The position numbers and the translations under genes were made by a program. Below, piece after piece: positions 26,715 to 36,552 of a DNA stretch of 64,000 nt; the stretch's first letter is position 1, and each line of letters begins with the position of its first letter. Under the pieces are notes generated by a model. The model was given only the letters and a program-made list of their open reading frames with translations, did not search any database and had not been told where the DNA came from. The DNA is from Planctomycetota bacterium (lineage in GTDB: Bacteria; Planctomycetota; JAJSAM01; JAJVHW01): contig JAJRVY010000272.1 of NCBI GenBank assembly GCA_024277065.1, forward strand, positions 6,767 through 70,766, in the 5' to 3' direction.

Positions 26715-27439
26715 GCGAAGTTCTCCCCCGTCTCTCCGGGCGCGTCCGCGGACGATCTCCGTCGCTCGAGGAGCGCGGCGGCCACGACGAGGTCCTGCGG
26801 CTCGGTCACCTTGAGGTTCCAGCGATCTCCCCGCACGACGGGCACCGGGTGGCCGAGAAGTTCCACGAGCGCCGCGTCATCGGTGGCGACGACACCGTCG
26901 CGCGCCGCCTGCTCGTGGGCGCGCAGGAGCACGTCCGTGGCGAAGCACTGCGGCGTCTGCGCCTGCCACAGCCGCGCACGGTCCGGCGTCCCGACGATCT
27001 GCCCGCCGCCGTCCACTTCCTTGATGGTGTCGGAGACCGGCACCGCCACGAGCGCGGCGCCGTGCTCGGCGGCCACGGCGACCGCACGCGCCGCCGTCGA
27101 GATGCGCAGCAGCGGCCGCGCCGCGTCGTGGACGGCCACGACGTCCGCGGCGACGTCGATCGCCGCCAGCCCGAGGCGCACCGAGTCCTGGCGGCGCTCC
27201 CCGCCGACGGTGACGCGCGCCAAGGGCAGATCGGCGGCGCCCTGCGTGACCTCGTCGATGCGATCCACCGCCGTGACGAGCACCAGGCGTCGGCAGCCGG
27301 GCACAGCGACCAGCGTCCGCGCGGCGTGGCGCCACAGCGGCTCGCCCGCGAGCGTCGCGAAGATCTTGGGCCGCGGCCCGCCGAAGCGGCGGCCGGAGCC
27401 GGCCATGACAAGGATCGCGGCGAACGTCGGAGCGGACAC
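26711..27439 (-). CDS. ispD: 2-C-methyl-D-erythritol 4-phosphate cytidylyltransferase.
   Basis: VMAGSGRRFG...PKIFATLAG N-terminus. 4-nt overlap with ispF. GTG start at 27439. Confidence 0.85.
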   Translation of the reverse strand: MSAPTFAAILVMAGSGRRFGGPRPKIFATLAGEPLWRHAARTLVAVPGCRRLVLVTAVDRIDEVTQGAADLPLARVTVGGERRQDSVRLGLAAIDVAADVVAVHDAARPLLRISTAARAVAVAAEHGAALVAVPVSDTIKEVDGGGQIVGTPDRARLWQAQTPQCFATDVLLRAHEQAARDGVVATDDAALVELLGHPVPVVRGDRWNLKVTEPQDLVVAAALLERRRSSADAPGETGENFA

Positions 27440-27534
27440 GGGACCATCGTACGGAGAAGGCGGCCGCGCGCACGCACAGTCGGCGCCGCCGAGAGATCGC
27501 AGCGCCGCGCCGCGGCGTCGTGTAGCGTCGCGCC

Positions 27535-28056
27535 GTGAGCCCTGACGAGCCCCCGACCGCCGCCGAGTGCGTACTCGGCATCGATCCCGGCACACGCGTC
27601 ACCGGCTGGGGAGTCGTGGAAGTGCGCGGCAACCGGGCGCGGGTGATCGCCGCGGGAGCGATCACGACGCGCACCGGCTCCGTACCCGAGCGTCTGCATG
27701 AGATCCACGAGGCGCTGCGCAAGGTGGTCGCGGCGCACGCCCCCGGCGCCATCGCGGTGGAGCGGCCCTTCTTCGGCAAGAACGCCTCGTCGGCGCTGGT
27801 CGTCGGCATGGCGCGGGGCGTGGCGCTGCTCTCCGCCGCCGAGGCCGGGCTCGGCGTCCACGAATATCCGCCCGCGACCGTGAAGAAGGCCGTCGTCGGC
27901 CGCGGCTCGGCGTCCAAGGCGCAGGTCGCGGCCATGGTCCGCGTCATCCTCGGCCTCGCCGTGACGCCGACTCCCTCGGACGTGACGGACGCGCTGGCCG
28001 TGGCGCTCGCGCATGTCCATCGATCCGCCGGTGCGAAGATCCCCTCCCGATCGTAG
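27535..28056 (+). CDS. ruvC: Crossover junction endodeoxyribonuclease RuvC.
   Basis: VLGIDPGTRVTGWGVV N-terminus and catalytic Asp/Glu pattern. 173 aa. Confidence 0.85.
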   Translation: MSPDEPPTAAECVLGIDPGTRVTGWGVVEVRGNRARVIAAGAITTRTGSVPERLHEIHEALRKVVAAHAPGAIAVERPFFGKNASSALVVGMARGVALLSAAEAGLGVHEYPPATVKKAVVGRGSASKAQVAAMVRVILGLAVTPTPSDVTDALAVALAHVHRSAGAKIPSRS

Positions 28057-28065
28057 AATCCCCTC

Positions 28066-28959
28066 GTGTCCACCCGCGTCGTACTCTCCGCCACCGTCCT
28101 CGTCGTCGCGCTGACGGCGGGCGCCATCGCCTTGCTGGGCGGCGACGAGCCGGCGCCGGCGCCACCGGAGTCCTCCGGGGAGGGCGCTCCCGCGCCACAT
28201 GAAAGTGACGCCGCGTCACCGTCCATCGCACAGATGACGCAGCGCGAGCGCGTGCAGACCCGTCACGACCAGCCGTGGCCGTACGGGGACTTCGCCGCGG
28301 ACATCGCCGAGATGAAGCGGCCGCGGCGCCGCGAGATCGTCTATGAGCGCGACCAGATCGAACTGCGGCTCGGCACCGCGCTGTCAGAGCGCAAGGTGAC
28401 CATCCGTCTCGAGAACGCCACGCCCGCCGACGTGATCGCGCAGCTCACGCGGCAGTTCGCCGATGACGATCTCGCCGTCTACACGCGTGACCCGCCCGTC
28501 GAAAACGACCCGGTGTTCGAGCACTTCTACATGACCGACGTCTCGGTGTGGGACGTCATCGAGTCGATGCGCGTGCGCACCAACGACCTCGTGACCTACG
28601 CCATCACGCCCGTCGGGCTCTGCATCGGCTCGAAGAAGGCCTGCCAGAACGCCCGCATCGACGCGACGCTCTGGGAGCAGCAGCAGGTCGGCAAGGGCTC
28701 GCCGGACGATGCCTTCGACTTCGTGAAGGGCGAGTACCGGCCGGACTTCCGCGGCGCGCAGATCGGCGCCGTCGTCCGCGACATCCGTGAGAAGACCGGC
28801 GTCGAGGTCGTCGTGGACGCCGAGCTGTGGAGCAGCCCCGTCACACTCACGTGGACGGCGGACCCGATGCCCGTCCTCGCCGCACTGCGCCAGATCGCGA
28901 TGAAGCTCGGCGGAGGAATCTTCGCGCGCGACGGGCGCGTGTTCCTGTTGGGGCGATGA
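28066..28959 (+). CDS. Hypothetical membrane-anchored protein (297 aa).
   Basis: N-terminal TM segment (VVLSATVLVVALTAGAIALL) and a Pro-rich linker. No recognisable domain. Confidence 0.55.
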   Translation: MSTRVVLSATVLVVALTAGAIALLGGDEPAPAPPESSGEGAPAPHESDAASPSIAQMTQRERVQTRHDQPWPYGDFAADIAEMKRPRRREIVYERDQIELRLGTALSERKVTIRLENATPADVIAQLTRQFADDDLAVYTRDPPVENDPVFEHFYMTDVSVWDVIESMRVRTNDLVTYAITPVGLCIGSKKACQNARIDATLWEQQQVGKGSPDDAFDFVKGEYRPDFRGAQIGAVVRDIREKTGVEVVVDAELWSSPVTLTWTADPMPVLAALRQIAMKLGGGIFARDGRVFLLGR

Positions 28960-29001
28960 GGAGGCCCGCCGCCCTGCGCGGAACCGGGCTGACGAGATAG
29001 C

Positions 29002-29775
29002 GTGCCGCAGCGCCGTGTCCGCGCCCTGATCCTGCGCACGTTCGAGTTCAGCGAGAACAGCCAGGTCGCGCACATCCTGACCCTGGACGAGGGCCGCGTG
29101 CACGGGCTGGCGAAGGGCGCGCGCCGGTTGAACGGCGCCTTCCACGGCGGCCTCGACGCGCTGGCGCTCGGCGAGCTGGGGCTGTACACCCGCCGCCCGG
29201 GCGCGGGTCTGCGGACGCTCGCGAGCTTCCGCGTCAGCACCAACTTCCCCGGACTGCGGCGGCGGCTCCCGCGCTTCCACGCCGCCGAGCACGCGCGCGC
29301 GCTGGTGCTGGGCTTCGCCCGCGAGGAAGAGGCCGCGCCACGCCTGTTCGAGCTCACGGTGTCGCTGCTGCGGATGCTCGAGGTGGCGGAGGACGACGCG
29401 GCGCCGGCGCTCGGTCTCGGATTCGAAGCCATGCTGCTCGCGCTCTCGGGCTTCGCGCCGGGGCTCACGTGCTGCGTGCGCTGCGAGCGGCCCGCACGCA
29501 ACGTCCACACGACGCGTCTCTCCGCGCTCCGCGGCGGCCTCCTGTGTCGCGGCTGCCGCGGCGAGGACCCGGGCGCGCCCGAGATCTCGGGACGCGCGGT
29601 CGCGGCGCTGGTCGCGCTCGGCGGCGGCCCACTCGTCCAGGCCGTCCGCATGGCCCCGGACCACGAACTGCTCGGCGAGCTCGCAGCCGCGCTGGACTCG
29701 TGGACGTCCGCGGTCCTCGACCGCCGCCTCGCAACGCGCGCGACGATGATGCACGTGGGCACGGCGGCGCGGTAG
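29002..29775 (+). CDS. recO: DNA repair protein RecO.
   Basis: OB-fold N-terminus and a C4 zinc motif (CVRCERP...CRGC). Confidence 0.8.
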   Translation: MPQRRVRALILRTFEFSENSQVAHILTLDEGRVHGLAKGARRLNGAFHGGLDALALGELGLYTRRPGAGLRTLASFRVSTNFPGLRRRLPRFHAAEHARALVLGFAREEEAAPRLFELTVSLLRMLEVAEDDAAPALGLGFEAMLLALSGFAPGLTCCVRCERPARNVHTTRLSALRGGLLCRGCRGEDPGAPEISGRAVAALVALGGGPLVQAVRMAPDHELLGELAAALDSWTSAVLDRRLATRATMMHVGTAAR

Positions 29776-29807
29776 CATCACCCGGCTCAGCCCTGGAGAT
29801 CCCCCAC

Positions 29808-30749
29808 ATGAATCCGCGTCGGCGCACCTGGCTCCCGCTCCTGGCGATCGTCCCGCTCCTCGCGAGCTGCTCCCTGTTCGGCGGGTCGAAGCAGGTGGAC
29901 GACTCTCCGGAGGCGGCCTACGAGCGAGCCCGTGACTCCTTCCGCCAGGAGCAGTGGGAAGACGCCGAGGACATCTTCGGCGACATCTGGAAGGACCACC
30001 CCGACTCGCCCCTGGCCGCGGACGCCCGCTTCTACGAGGCCGAGGCGCGCTACGGCCGCGGCAAGTACAACGGCGCCTTCGAGCTGTACAAGCGCTTCCT
30101 CACGGCGCACCCCCTCTCACCCCATTCGCCGCTGATCCAGCAGCGCCTCTACGACATGGGCACGTTCCTCGTCGAGGAGGGCAAGGAGGGCCTGTTCGGC
30201 GTCCTGACGTATTCCGAGGAGGGCATCAAGATCCTCGACTACCTGGTCGCCGCGTTCCCCCACGGGGACCTCGCCGACGACGCGCTCGTCTACGCCGCGG
30301 ACCACGAGTGGCGTGCGCGGCAGCCGCTGCGCGCGATCGGCCACCTGCACGACCTCATCGACGGCTACCCGGGCAGCGAGTGGGCGCTCGAGGCGCGCAT
30401 CCGGCTGGCCCGCGCCTACCGCGACGTCAACCGTGGGACGCGCTACGACGGCGACGCGCTGCGGCGCGCGAAAGCACAGTACCTGGCGTACATCGACATC
30501 GTGAGCGCCGACGCGGCCCGCGAGCGCGAGTACGCGGACCTGCTCGCGCAGGCGCGCACGGAATTGGCCGAGGTGGAGGACATGCTCGGCCGCAAGATGA
30601 TCGAGGCTGCGGACTTCTACCTGCGCACGGGCAAGCCCGACGCCGCCCAGGCGGAACTGCGCAACCTGGTTCGCGATCACCCCGGGACGACCGCCGCCGC
30701 CGAGGCGCGCAAGCGTCTCGGGCGCACCGACGAAGAGGAGACACCGTGA
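29808..30749 (+). CDS. bamD: Outer membrane protein assembly factor BamD (TPR lipoprotein).
   Basis: Lipobox LLASCSLFGG. TPR repeats. GGAG RBS. Confidence 0.7.
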   Translation: MNPRRRTWLPLLAIVPLLASCSLFGGSKQVDDSPEAAYERARDSFRQEQWEDAEDIFGDIWKDHPDSPLAADARFYEAEARYGRGKYNGAFELYKRFLTAHPLSPHSPLIQQRLYDMGTFLVEEGKEGLFGVLTYSEEGIKILDYLVAAFPHGDLADDALVYAADHEWRARQPLRAIGHLHDLIDGYPGSEWALEARIRLARAYRDVNRGTRYDGDALRRAKAQYLAYIDIVSADAAREREYADLLAQARTELAEVEDMLGRKMIEAADFYLRTGKPDAAQAELRNLVRDHPGTTAAAEARKRLGRTDEEETP

Positions 30750-31303
30750 GACACGGCCGCCACGCCCGCCTGCTGCTGACGTTCCTCGCCGCGCTGGTCA
30801 TCGCGGGCTGCGGTTACACGACGCGCGCGCTCGTCGCGGAGCAGTACCAGACGATCGCCGTCCCCATCTTCGACAACACGACGCGCCGCCACGACCTCGA
30901 GTGGGAGGTGACGCGCGCCGTGATCGAGGAACTGCACGCGCGCACGCACCTCGTCGTGGTGCCCGAGGACGCGAACCCCGACCTCGTGCTGACCGGCACG
31001 CTCGTCGAGGTGGACGAGAACACGCTCTCGCGCCGCAAGTTCCAGCGCCCCCGCGACTCGGCCGTCTTCGTCACGGCCGAGATGGCCGTCCGCGACACGC
31101 ACTCGGGCGAGGATCTCGTGGCCCGGCGCCGCGTCTCCGAACGCGAGTCGTACACGTACCTGGCGGGCGAGGACGTCCGCACCGCCCGCGAGGAGGCCGT
31201 GCGCTCGCTGGCCGAACGCATCGTCCGACAGTTGGAAGAGGGCTGGTTAACGACGAGGTCGCGACGGACCTCGACCTGCCGCTCCCGCACGGCGGCCGCC
31301 TGA
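30746..31303 (+). CDS. LptE-like lipoprotein (putative).
   Basis: GTGA overlap with bamD. Lipobox VIAGCGY. Size and context are consistent with LptE, but the family assignment is weak. Confidence 0.5.
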   Translation: MRHGRHARLLLTFLAALVIAGCGYTTRALVAEQYQTIAVPIFDNTTRRHDLEWEVTRAVIEELHARTHLVVVPEDANPDLVLTGTLVEVDENTLSRRKFQRPRDSAVFVTAEMAVRDTHSGEDLVARRRVSERESYTYLAGEDVRTAREEAVRSLAERIVRQLEEGWLTTRSRRTSTCRSRTAAA

Positions 31304-31326
31304 GGTGCGGCGGACGCACGCTGCTG

Positions 31327-32190
31327 ATGGGCATCGTCAACGTCACGCCGGACTCGTTCTCGGATGGCGGACGGCACGCGGATGCGCGCGCCGCCATCGA
31401 GTTCGCCGAACGCGCCATCGACGACGGCGCCGACATCCTGGACATCGGCGGCGAGAGCACGCGCCCCGGCGCCGCGGAGGTCCCGGCGGCGGAGCAGTTG
31501 CGCCGCATCCTGCCCGTCGTCCGCGCGCTCGCCGCGCGCCGCCCGGACGTGCCGCTCTCGATCGACACGCGCAGCGCCCGCGTCGCTCGTGAGACCGTGG
31601 CCGCCGGCGCGTCCATCGTCAACGACGTGTCCGGGCTCACGCATGACCCGGCCATGGCGCAGGCCGTCGCCGCCCTCGGCGCGCCGGCCGTCGTCATGCA
31701 CATGCGCGGCAGCCCCGGCGACATGCAGCAGCTCACGAGTTACGACGACGTCGTCGGCGAGGTCCTGACGGAGTTGCGCGAGCGCCTCGACGCGGCCCGC
31801 GGCGCGGGCGTCCGGCACCTGATCGCGGACCCGGGACTCGGCTTTGCGAAGACCGCTGGGCAGAGCGCGGCGCTGCTCGCCGCGACGCCGCGCTTCCTCG
31901 CTCTCGGGGTGCCGCTCCTCGTCGGCCCCTCGCGCAAGAGTTTCCTCGCCGCGGCCACCGGCGAGCGCAGCGGAACGCCGGCGCGCACGCGCCTCCACAC
32001 CACCGTCGCGGCGGTCACGGTAGCGGCGCTCGGCGGCGCGCACATCGTCCGCGTCCACGACGTCGCAGCGTGCGCCGACGCCGTCCGCGTCGCCCACATG
32101 CTGCGCATGCCGGAAGGGCGGGCGCCGGAGGGGTGGACTTCGGAAGGCGGCGCCGCGAGGATGGAGCCTGCTCCCCCACGCTCGGTGTAG
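31327..32190 (+). CDS. folP: Dihydropteroate synthase.
   Basis: MGIVNVTPDSFSDGG start and ..DIGGESTRPGA... motif. Confidence 0.85.
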   Translation: MGIVNVTPDSFSDGGRHADARAAIEFAERAIDDGADILDIGGESTRPGAAEVPAAEQLRRILPVVRALAARRPDVPLSIDTRSARVARETVAAGASIVNDVSGLTHDPAMAQAVAALGAPAVVMHMRGSPGDMQQLTSYDDVVGEVLTELRERLDAARGAGVRHLIADPGLGFAKTAGQSAALLAATPRFLALGVPLLVGPSRKSFLAAATGERSGTPARTRLHTTVAAVTVAALGGAHIVRVHDVAACADAVRVAHMLRMPEGRAPEGWTSEGGAARMEPAPPRSV

Positions 32191-32217
32191 AGCAGCGGGA
32201 CGCGAGCGCGGTCAGCC

Positions 32218-33108
32218 TTGGACTTCCACTCCCTCCTACCGACGACCTGGCCCGACGGCGTGCAGTTCGTCGTGATCTTCCTGGTCATCTACGGGTTGCT
32301 GAGGCTCGTCCGTGGCACGATCGCCGCCAGCATCCTGCGCGGCGCGCTCCTGATGGTGGCGGCGGCCATCGTGCTGGCGGCGTTCGTGCTGAGCGCGTTC
32401 GAGCTGACGGTGCTGCAGGCGATCCTCTCGCAGCTCCTCAACGCCGTGATCTTCGCCCTGATCGTGGTCTTCCAACCGGAACTGCGCCGCGGCCTCCTCT
32501 CGCTGGGCGAGCATCGTTTCTTCGATCGCTTCCGCGCCCGCCCGCGCAGTTGCCTGGACGACCTGGCGCGCGCCGCGGTGAACCTCTCGCGCGAGCGACA
32601 CGGGGCGTTGTTCGCGATCGAACGCCGCGCGGCCCTCAACGACATCGTCGAGACGGGCGTCCAGATCGAGGCCGACGCCCGCGCCGAGCTGCTCGACAAC
32701 ATCTTCTGGCCGGGAGCGCCGCTGCACGACGGTGGCGTCGTGATCCGCGGCGACCGCGTGATCGCCGCGGGCTGCATCTGCCCGCTCGCCGAGCGGCGCG
32801 ACATCTCGTCGCGCCTCGGCACGCGGCACCGCGCCGGGATCGGGATGTCCGAGCAGAGCGATGCCGTCGTCGTGATCGTCAGCGAGGAGACGGGCCGCGT
32901 CTCCGTGGCCGTGGACGGTGAGATCCGCCCGATCGACCCGCCGAGCGACCTCGCCCGCATCCTGCGCGAACTGACGGCGTCCACCACCGAGCCCGTGGAC
33001 GAGGTCGAGATCGATCCCGACGCGGACGACGACGCGCCGCCGGGCGACGCGTTGCGGCGCGCCGACGGCGACGAACGACCCGGGAGCGAGGGGGAGGCGG
33101 CGGCATGA
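32218..33108 (+). CDS. cdaA: Diadenylate cyclase CdaA (DacA).
   Basis: Three N-terminal TM helices plus a DAC domain (DGAVVI..., RHRAGIGMSE). Confidence 0.9.
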   Translation: MDFHSLLPTTWPDGVQFVVIFLVIYGLLRLVRGTIAASILRGALLMVAAAIVLAAFVLSAFELTVLQAILSQLLNAVIFALIVVFQPELRRGLLSLGEHRFFDRFRARPRSCLDDLARAAVNLSRERHGALFAIERRAALNDIVETGVQIEADARAELLDNIFWPGAPLHDGGVVIRGDRVIAAGCICPLAERRDISSRLGTRHRAGIGMSEQSDAVVVIVSEETGRVSVAVDGEIRPIDPPSDLARILRELTASTTEPVDEVEIDPDADDDAPPGDALRRADGDERPGSEGEAAA

Positions 33109-34172
33109 GGCTCCTAGGGCTCATCTTCGACAATCTCGGCCTCAAGACGCTCGCCCTCTGCATGGCATGGGCCGTCTGGTTCATGGTGAGTCAGAGCCTG
33201 ACGGACGAGAAGACGGTCCCGCTGCGGCTCGAGATCGCCGTCGATGACAGCAATCAGTTCGAGGCGACACCGGTGCCCGCGGACCTGACGACCGTCACGG
33301 TCACGGTCGCCGGTCCCGTGCGGCTGGTCGAGGACTTCGAGCGCATGGCGACGTCGAGCGTCGCCATGATCCACGTCGGCCGCGAGAACTACCCGCCCGA
33401 CGAGGAGCGGCAGGCGGTCTTCCGCCTCGAGGACGTCGAGATCCGGCAGCTCGCGGACTTCCCCGCTCTGCGCGTCACCGCGATGGACCCGAAGGAGATC
33501 CGCCTCAACGTCGAACGCATGGAGATGCGCGAGGTGCCCGTGGGCCGTCCGGCCGTGCCCAAGACCGTGGGCACGGCGAGCGTGCGCGTCGTCACCTGGG
33601 ACACCGTCGTCAAAATCCGCGCCTCGGCCAACAACCTCCGGACGCAGCTCGCGACGCTGAAGACGAGCGTCGATGCGGCGGCGCTCAAACAGGCCGCGGA
33701 GAGCATCGGCGACGCGCCCTCCATCACGGTCCCGGTCGATCTGACCCTCGACCCCGATCAGGCCAAGCTGTTCACGCTGGTCGATCGGGACGAGATCACG
33801 GTGCGACTCGAGCTGCGCCACGTGGAGATCGGGACGTTCGCGGTGCCCGTACGCATCCTGCGCCGCGCAGGCCGCGCCAGCACGTCGCTCGGGAACGTGC
33901 ACTTCTCACCCGGCAACGACATGGACATGCGCCTCAGCGGAATCTACGAGAAGGGCGAGGACGGCGCACCGCCGACCCTGCGTCTGACCCTCGAGGGCTC
34001 CCCGGCGGCCATCGCCGCCGTGGATCCCGAGCGCCTGATCGCGTTCGTGCTGGAAGACGACATGTCGGCCGACGACGAGATCTCCAACCTGCCCGTACAC
34101 GTGGCCGGGCTGCCGGTCGGCGTGCGTCTCAAGCCCCAGCCGCTCACGCTCTCGGTCGAGCGCGACCGCTGA
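33105..34172 (+). CDS. cdaR: CdaA regulatory protein CdaR (YbbR-like).
   Basis: ATGA overlap with cdaA. N-terminal TM and repeated YbbR-like beta domains. Confidence 0.75.
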   Translation: MRLLGLIFDNLGLKTLALCMAWAVWFMVSQSLTDEKTVPLRLEIAVDDSNQFEATPVPADLTTVTVTVAGPVRLVEDFERMATSSVAMIHVGRENYPPDEERQAVFRLEDVEIRQLADFPALRVTAMDPKEIRLNVERMEMREVPVGRPAVPKTVGTASVRVVTWDTVVKIRASANNLRTQLATLKTSVDAAALKQAAESIGDAPSITVPVDLTLDPDQAKLFTLVDRDEITVRLELRHVEIGTFAVPVRILRRAGRASTSLGNVHFSPGNDMDMRLSGIYEKGEDGAPPTLRLTLEGSPAAIAAVDPERLIAFVLEDDMSADDEISNLPVHVAGLPVGVRLKPQPLTLSVERDR

Positions 34173-34330
34173 TCACAGCGGCGCCGGACCACGAACGCGC
34201 GTCGCCGCGCCGCGCCGCCGGCTCACGACGCGTTTGCGGCCGACGCGGCGGTATCGCGTGGGCGCCGGCCGCGGTCTGACGTAGGATCCCTCCACCCCCG
34301 ACCGGACCGCGCTCTCGCCGCGTCCACCCC

Positions 34331-35689
34331 ATGCCCGAGCGACTCTTCGGAACCGACGGAATACGCGGTCCCGCCGGCGTTGGAAAACTCGCGCCGCCCG
34401 CACTCGCCCGCCTCGGCCTCGCCGTGGCGCGTACGCTGCGCGCATGTCCTCGCGACCGCCCGCCGCGCGCCCTGCTCGGACGCGACACGCGACTCTCCGG
34501 CCCGTCGGTCACCGCAGCGATGACCGCCGGGCTGCTCACGGGGGGCGTCGCCGTGGACGATGGCGGTGTGCTACCCACGCCGGCCGTGGCGCTGCTCACG
34601 CGACGCCGCGCCTACGACGTCGGCGTCGTGATCTCGGCCTCCCACAACCCGTGGCCCGACAACGGCGTCAAGCTGCTCGGAGCCGGCGGCGCGAAGCTCT
34701 CGGACGAAGCGGAGGCGGCGATCGAGTCGGCCTACGCCGATCCCGCGCTCGAGGCTGCCGCGGACCCGCGCGACGTCGCGCGCCCACGCCCACTCGACGA
34801 CGCCCGCGACGCCTACGAGCGCGCGCTCGCCACCGAGTTCCGCGACGTGCGCCTGCGTCGCCTGCACGTCGTCATCGACGCCGCCCACGGCGCCCAGAGC
34901 GGGATCGCACGCCGCGTGCTGCGGCGCCTGGGCGCCCGCGTGACCGAGTTGCACGCGGCGCCGGACGGACGCAACATCAACGAGTCGTGCGGCGCCATGC
35001 ACACGCGCCCACTGCGGCGCGCCGTCAAGCAGCTCGGGGCGGCCGTCGGCATCGCCTTCGACGGCGACGCGGACCGCGTACAGCTCGTGGACGAGAAGGG
35101 CCGCCTGCGCGACGGCGACGTGATCCTCGCCGCGCTGGCGCCGCGGCTCCTCGCGCGGCGCAGACTGCCCGGGCGCACCGTCGTCGGTACGCTCATGACC
35201 AACGCCGCGCTCGAGGCGCACCTCGCCGCAGAGGGCATCCGGCTCGTGCGCACGCCGGTCGGCGACCGGCACATCGTGGCGGCCATGACGGAGCACGGCT
35301 ACGGGCTCGGCGGTGAGCCCTCGGGGCACGTTCTCGTCCCCCGCCGCGGGCTGCTCACGGGTGACGGGCTGGTGGCCGCCGTCGCCTGTCTGCGCATCCT
35401 CGCGAACGAGCGCATCCGCGCCTCCGAACTGGCAGCGGGCTACCGCGCGTGGCCGCTCGAGATCGTGTCGCTGCGCGTCGCGCGCAAGACGCCGCTGTCC
35501 CGTCTGAAGCGCTCGTCCGCGGCCGTCCGCGAGGCCGAGGAGTGCTTCGCGGGGAAGGCACGCATCGTCGTGCGCTACAGCGGCACGGAGCCGAAGGTGC
35601 GCGTGATGGTGGAGGCCCGGCGACGACGCGACGTGGACGCGGCCATGGCCCCCATCGTCGCCGCGCTGCGCGCGGAGGTCGGCGCATGA
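34331..35689 (+). CDS. glmM: Phosphoglucosamine mutase.
   Basis: FGTDGIRG, SASHNPWPDNG and GDADR motifs. 452 aa. Confidence 0.9.
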   Translation: MPERLFGTDGIRGPAGVGKLAPPALARLGLAVARTLRACPRDRPPRALLGRDTRLSGPSVTAAMTAGLLTGGVAVDDGGVLPTPAVALLTRRRAYDVGVVISASHNPWPDNGVKLLGAGGAKLSDEAEAAIESAYADPALEAAADPRDVARPRPLDDARDAYERALATEFRDVRLRRLHVVIDAAHGAQSGIARRVLRRLGARVTELHAAPDGRNINESCGAMHTRPLRRAVKQLGAAVGIAFDGDADRVQLVDEKGRLRDGDVILAALAPRLLARRRLPGRTVVGTLMTNAALEAHLAAEGIRLVRTPVGDRHIVAAMTEHGYGLGGEPSGHVLVPRRGLLTGDGLVAAVACLRILANERIRASELAAGYRAWPLEIVSLRVARKTPLSRLKRSSAAVREAEECFAGKARIVVRYSGTEPKVRVMVEARRRRDVDAAMAPIVAALRAEVGA

Positions 35690-36552
35690 TCGCCCTCGCC
35701 CTCGATACGAGCGGTCCCGTCGGCAGCGTGGCGGTGCTGAGGACCTGTCCGGGAACAAGTGCGTCGACCACCGAGGGCGCGCGAGACGGTTCAGGGCAAG
35801 GCGCGCCGACGACGGCGACGGCGACTCATGGCGAAGCCGAGTCGCGGAGGAGGCACAACGCAGCCCTGGACCGTCGCAGCCGACCGAATGGAGCGGTTGT
35901 TTCCGGACAGGTCCTGAACGGCGAGGCGCCGCAGGCGCAGGTCCTCGCGTTGCGGACGATCGACGACGGCATGCGACGCGGCGTCGAGCTCTTCCCGGCG
36001 ATCGAGGCCGCACTCGACGAGGCGGGCGTCCGCGCCCGCGAGATCAGCGTGGTCGCGGTGGGCACCGGACCGGGGAGCTACACGGGGCTGCGCGTCGGCG
36101 TCACGGCGGCGCGCGCGCTGGCCTACGCCACCGGGGCCGAGCTGATGGGCGTGCCGAGCTGCGACGCACTCGCCGCGGCCGCTCCGCAGGACGCCGGCAC
36201 GCTCGCCGTCGTCGTGGACGCCCGCGTGCGCGCCGTCTACGTCGCCGTCTACACACGCGCAGCGGATGGGCGCCGGCAGCGCGCGGGACCACCGCGGATC
36301 CTCCCGCCCGCGGAGGCCGCGGAGGCCATTCCGGGCGGCGCTCTCGTCGTCGGCGACGCGCTCGACGCCCACGGTGAGGCGTTCGCGCACTTCCGCTGCG
36401 CTCCGCAGCCGCGCAACGCGGGTGCCCCGGAGATCGCGCGGCTCGCGCTGGCCGCCAGGGCGCGCGGCGAACACCAGACGATCGACGCGGTGGTGCCGCT
36501 CTACCTCAGGAAGACCGCAGCAGAGCGCAAGCTCGAGGAAGGACGGGCATGA
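35686..36552 (+). CDS. tsaB: tRNA threonylcarbamoyladenosine biosynthesis protein TsaB, with a 58-codon in-frame insertion.
   Basis: MIALALDTSG...VGTGPGSYTGLRVGV. An insertion sits between the VAVLR strand and ..VLALRTIDDG... Confidence 0.8.
   Translation: MIALALDTSGPVGSVAVLRTCPGTSASTTEGARDGSGQGAPTTATATHGEAESRRRHNAALDRRSRPNGAVVSGQVLNGEAPQAQVLALRTIDDGMRRGVELFPAIEAALDEAGVRAREISVVAVGTGPGSYTGLRVGVTAARALAYATGAELMGVPSCDALAAAAPQDAGTLAVVVDARVRAVYVAVYTRAADGRRQRAGPPRILPPAEAAEAIPGGALVVGDALDAHGEAFAHFRCAPQPRNAGAPEIARLALAARARGEHQTIDAVVPLYLRKTAAERKLEEGRA
35741..35914. repeat. Inverted-repeat-flanked 174-bp segment inserted in frame within tsaB (MITE-like or long hairpin).
   Basis: GGACCTGTCCGGGAACAA at 35741-35758 matches its reverse complement TTGTTtCCGGACAGGTCC at 35897-35914 at 17 of 18 positions. 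The insertion encodes a low-complexity peptide absent from canonical TsaB. Confidence 0.5.
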
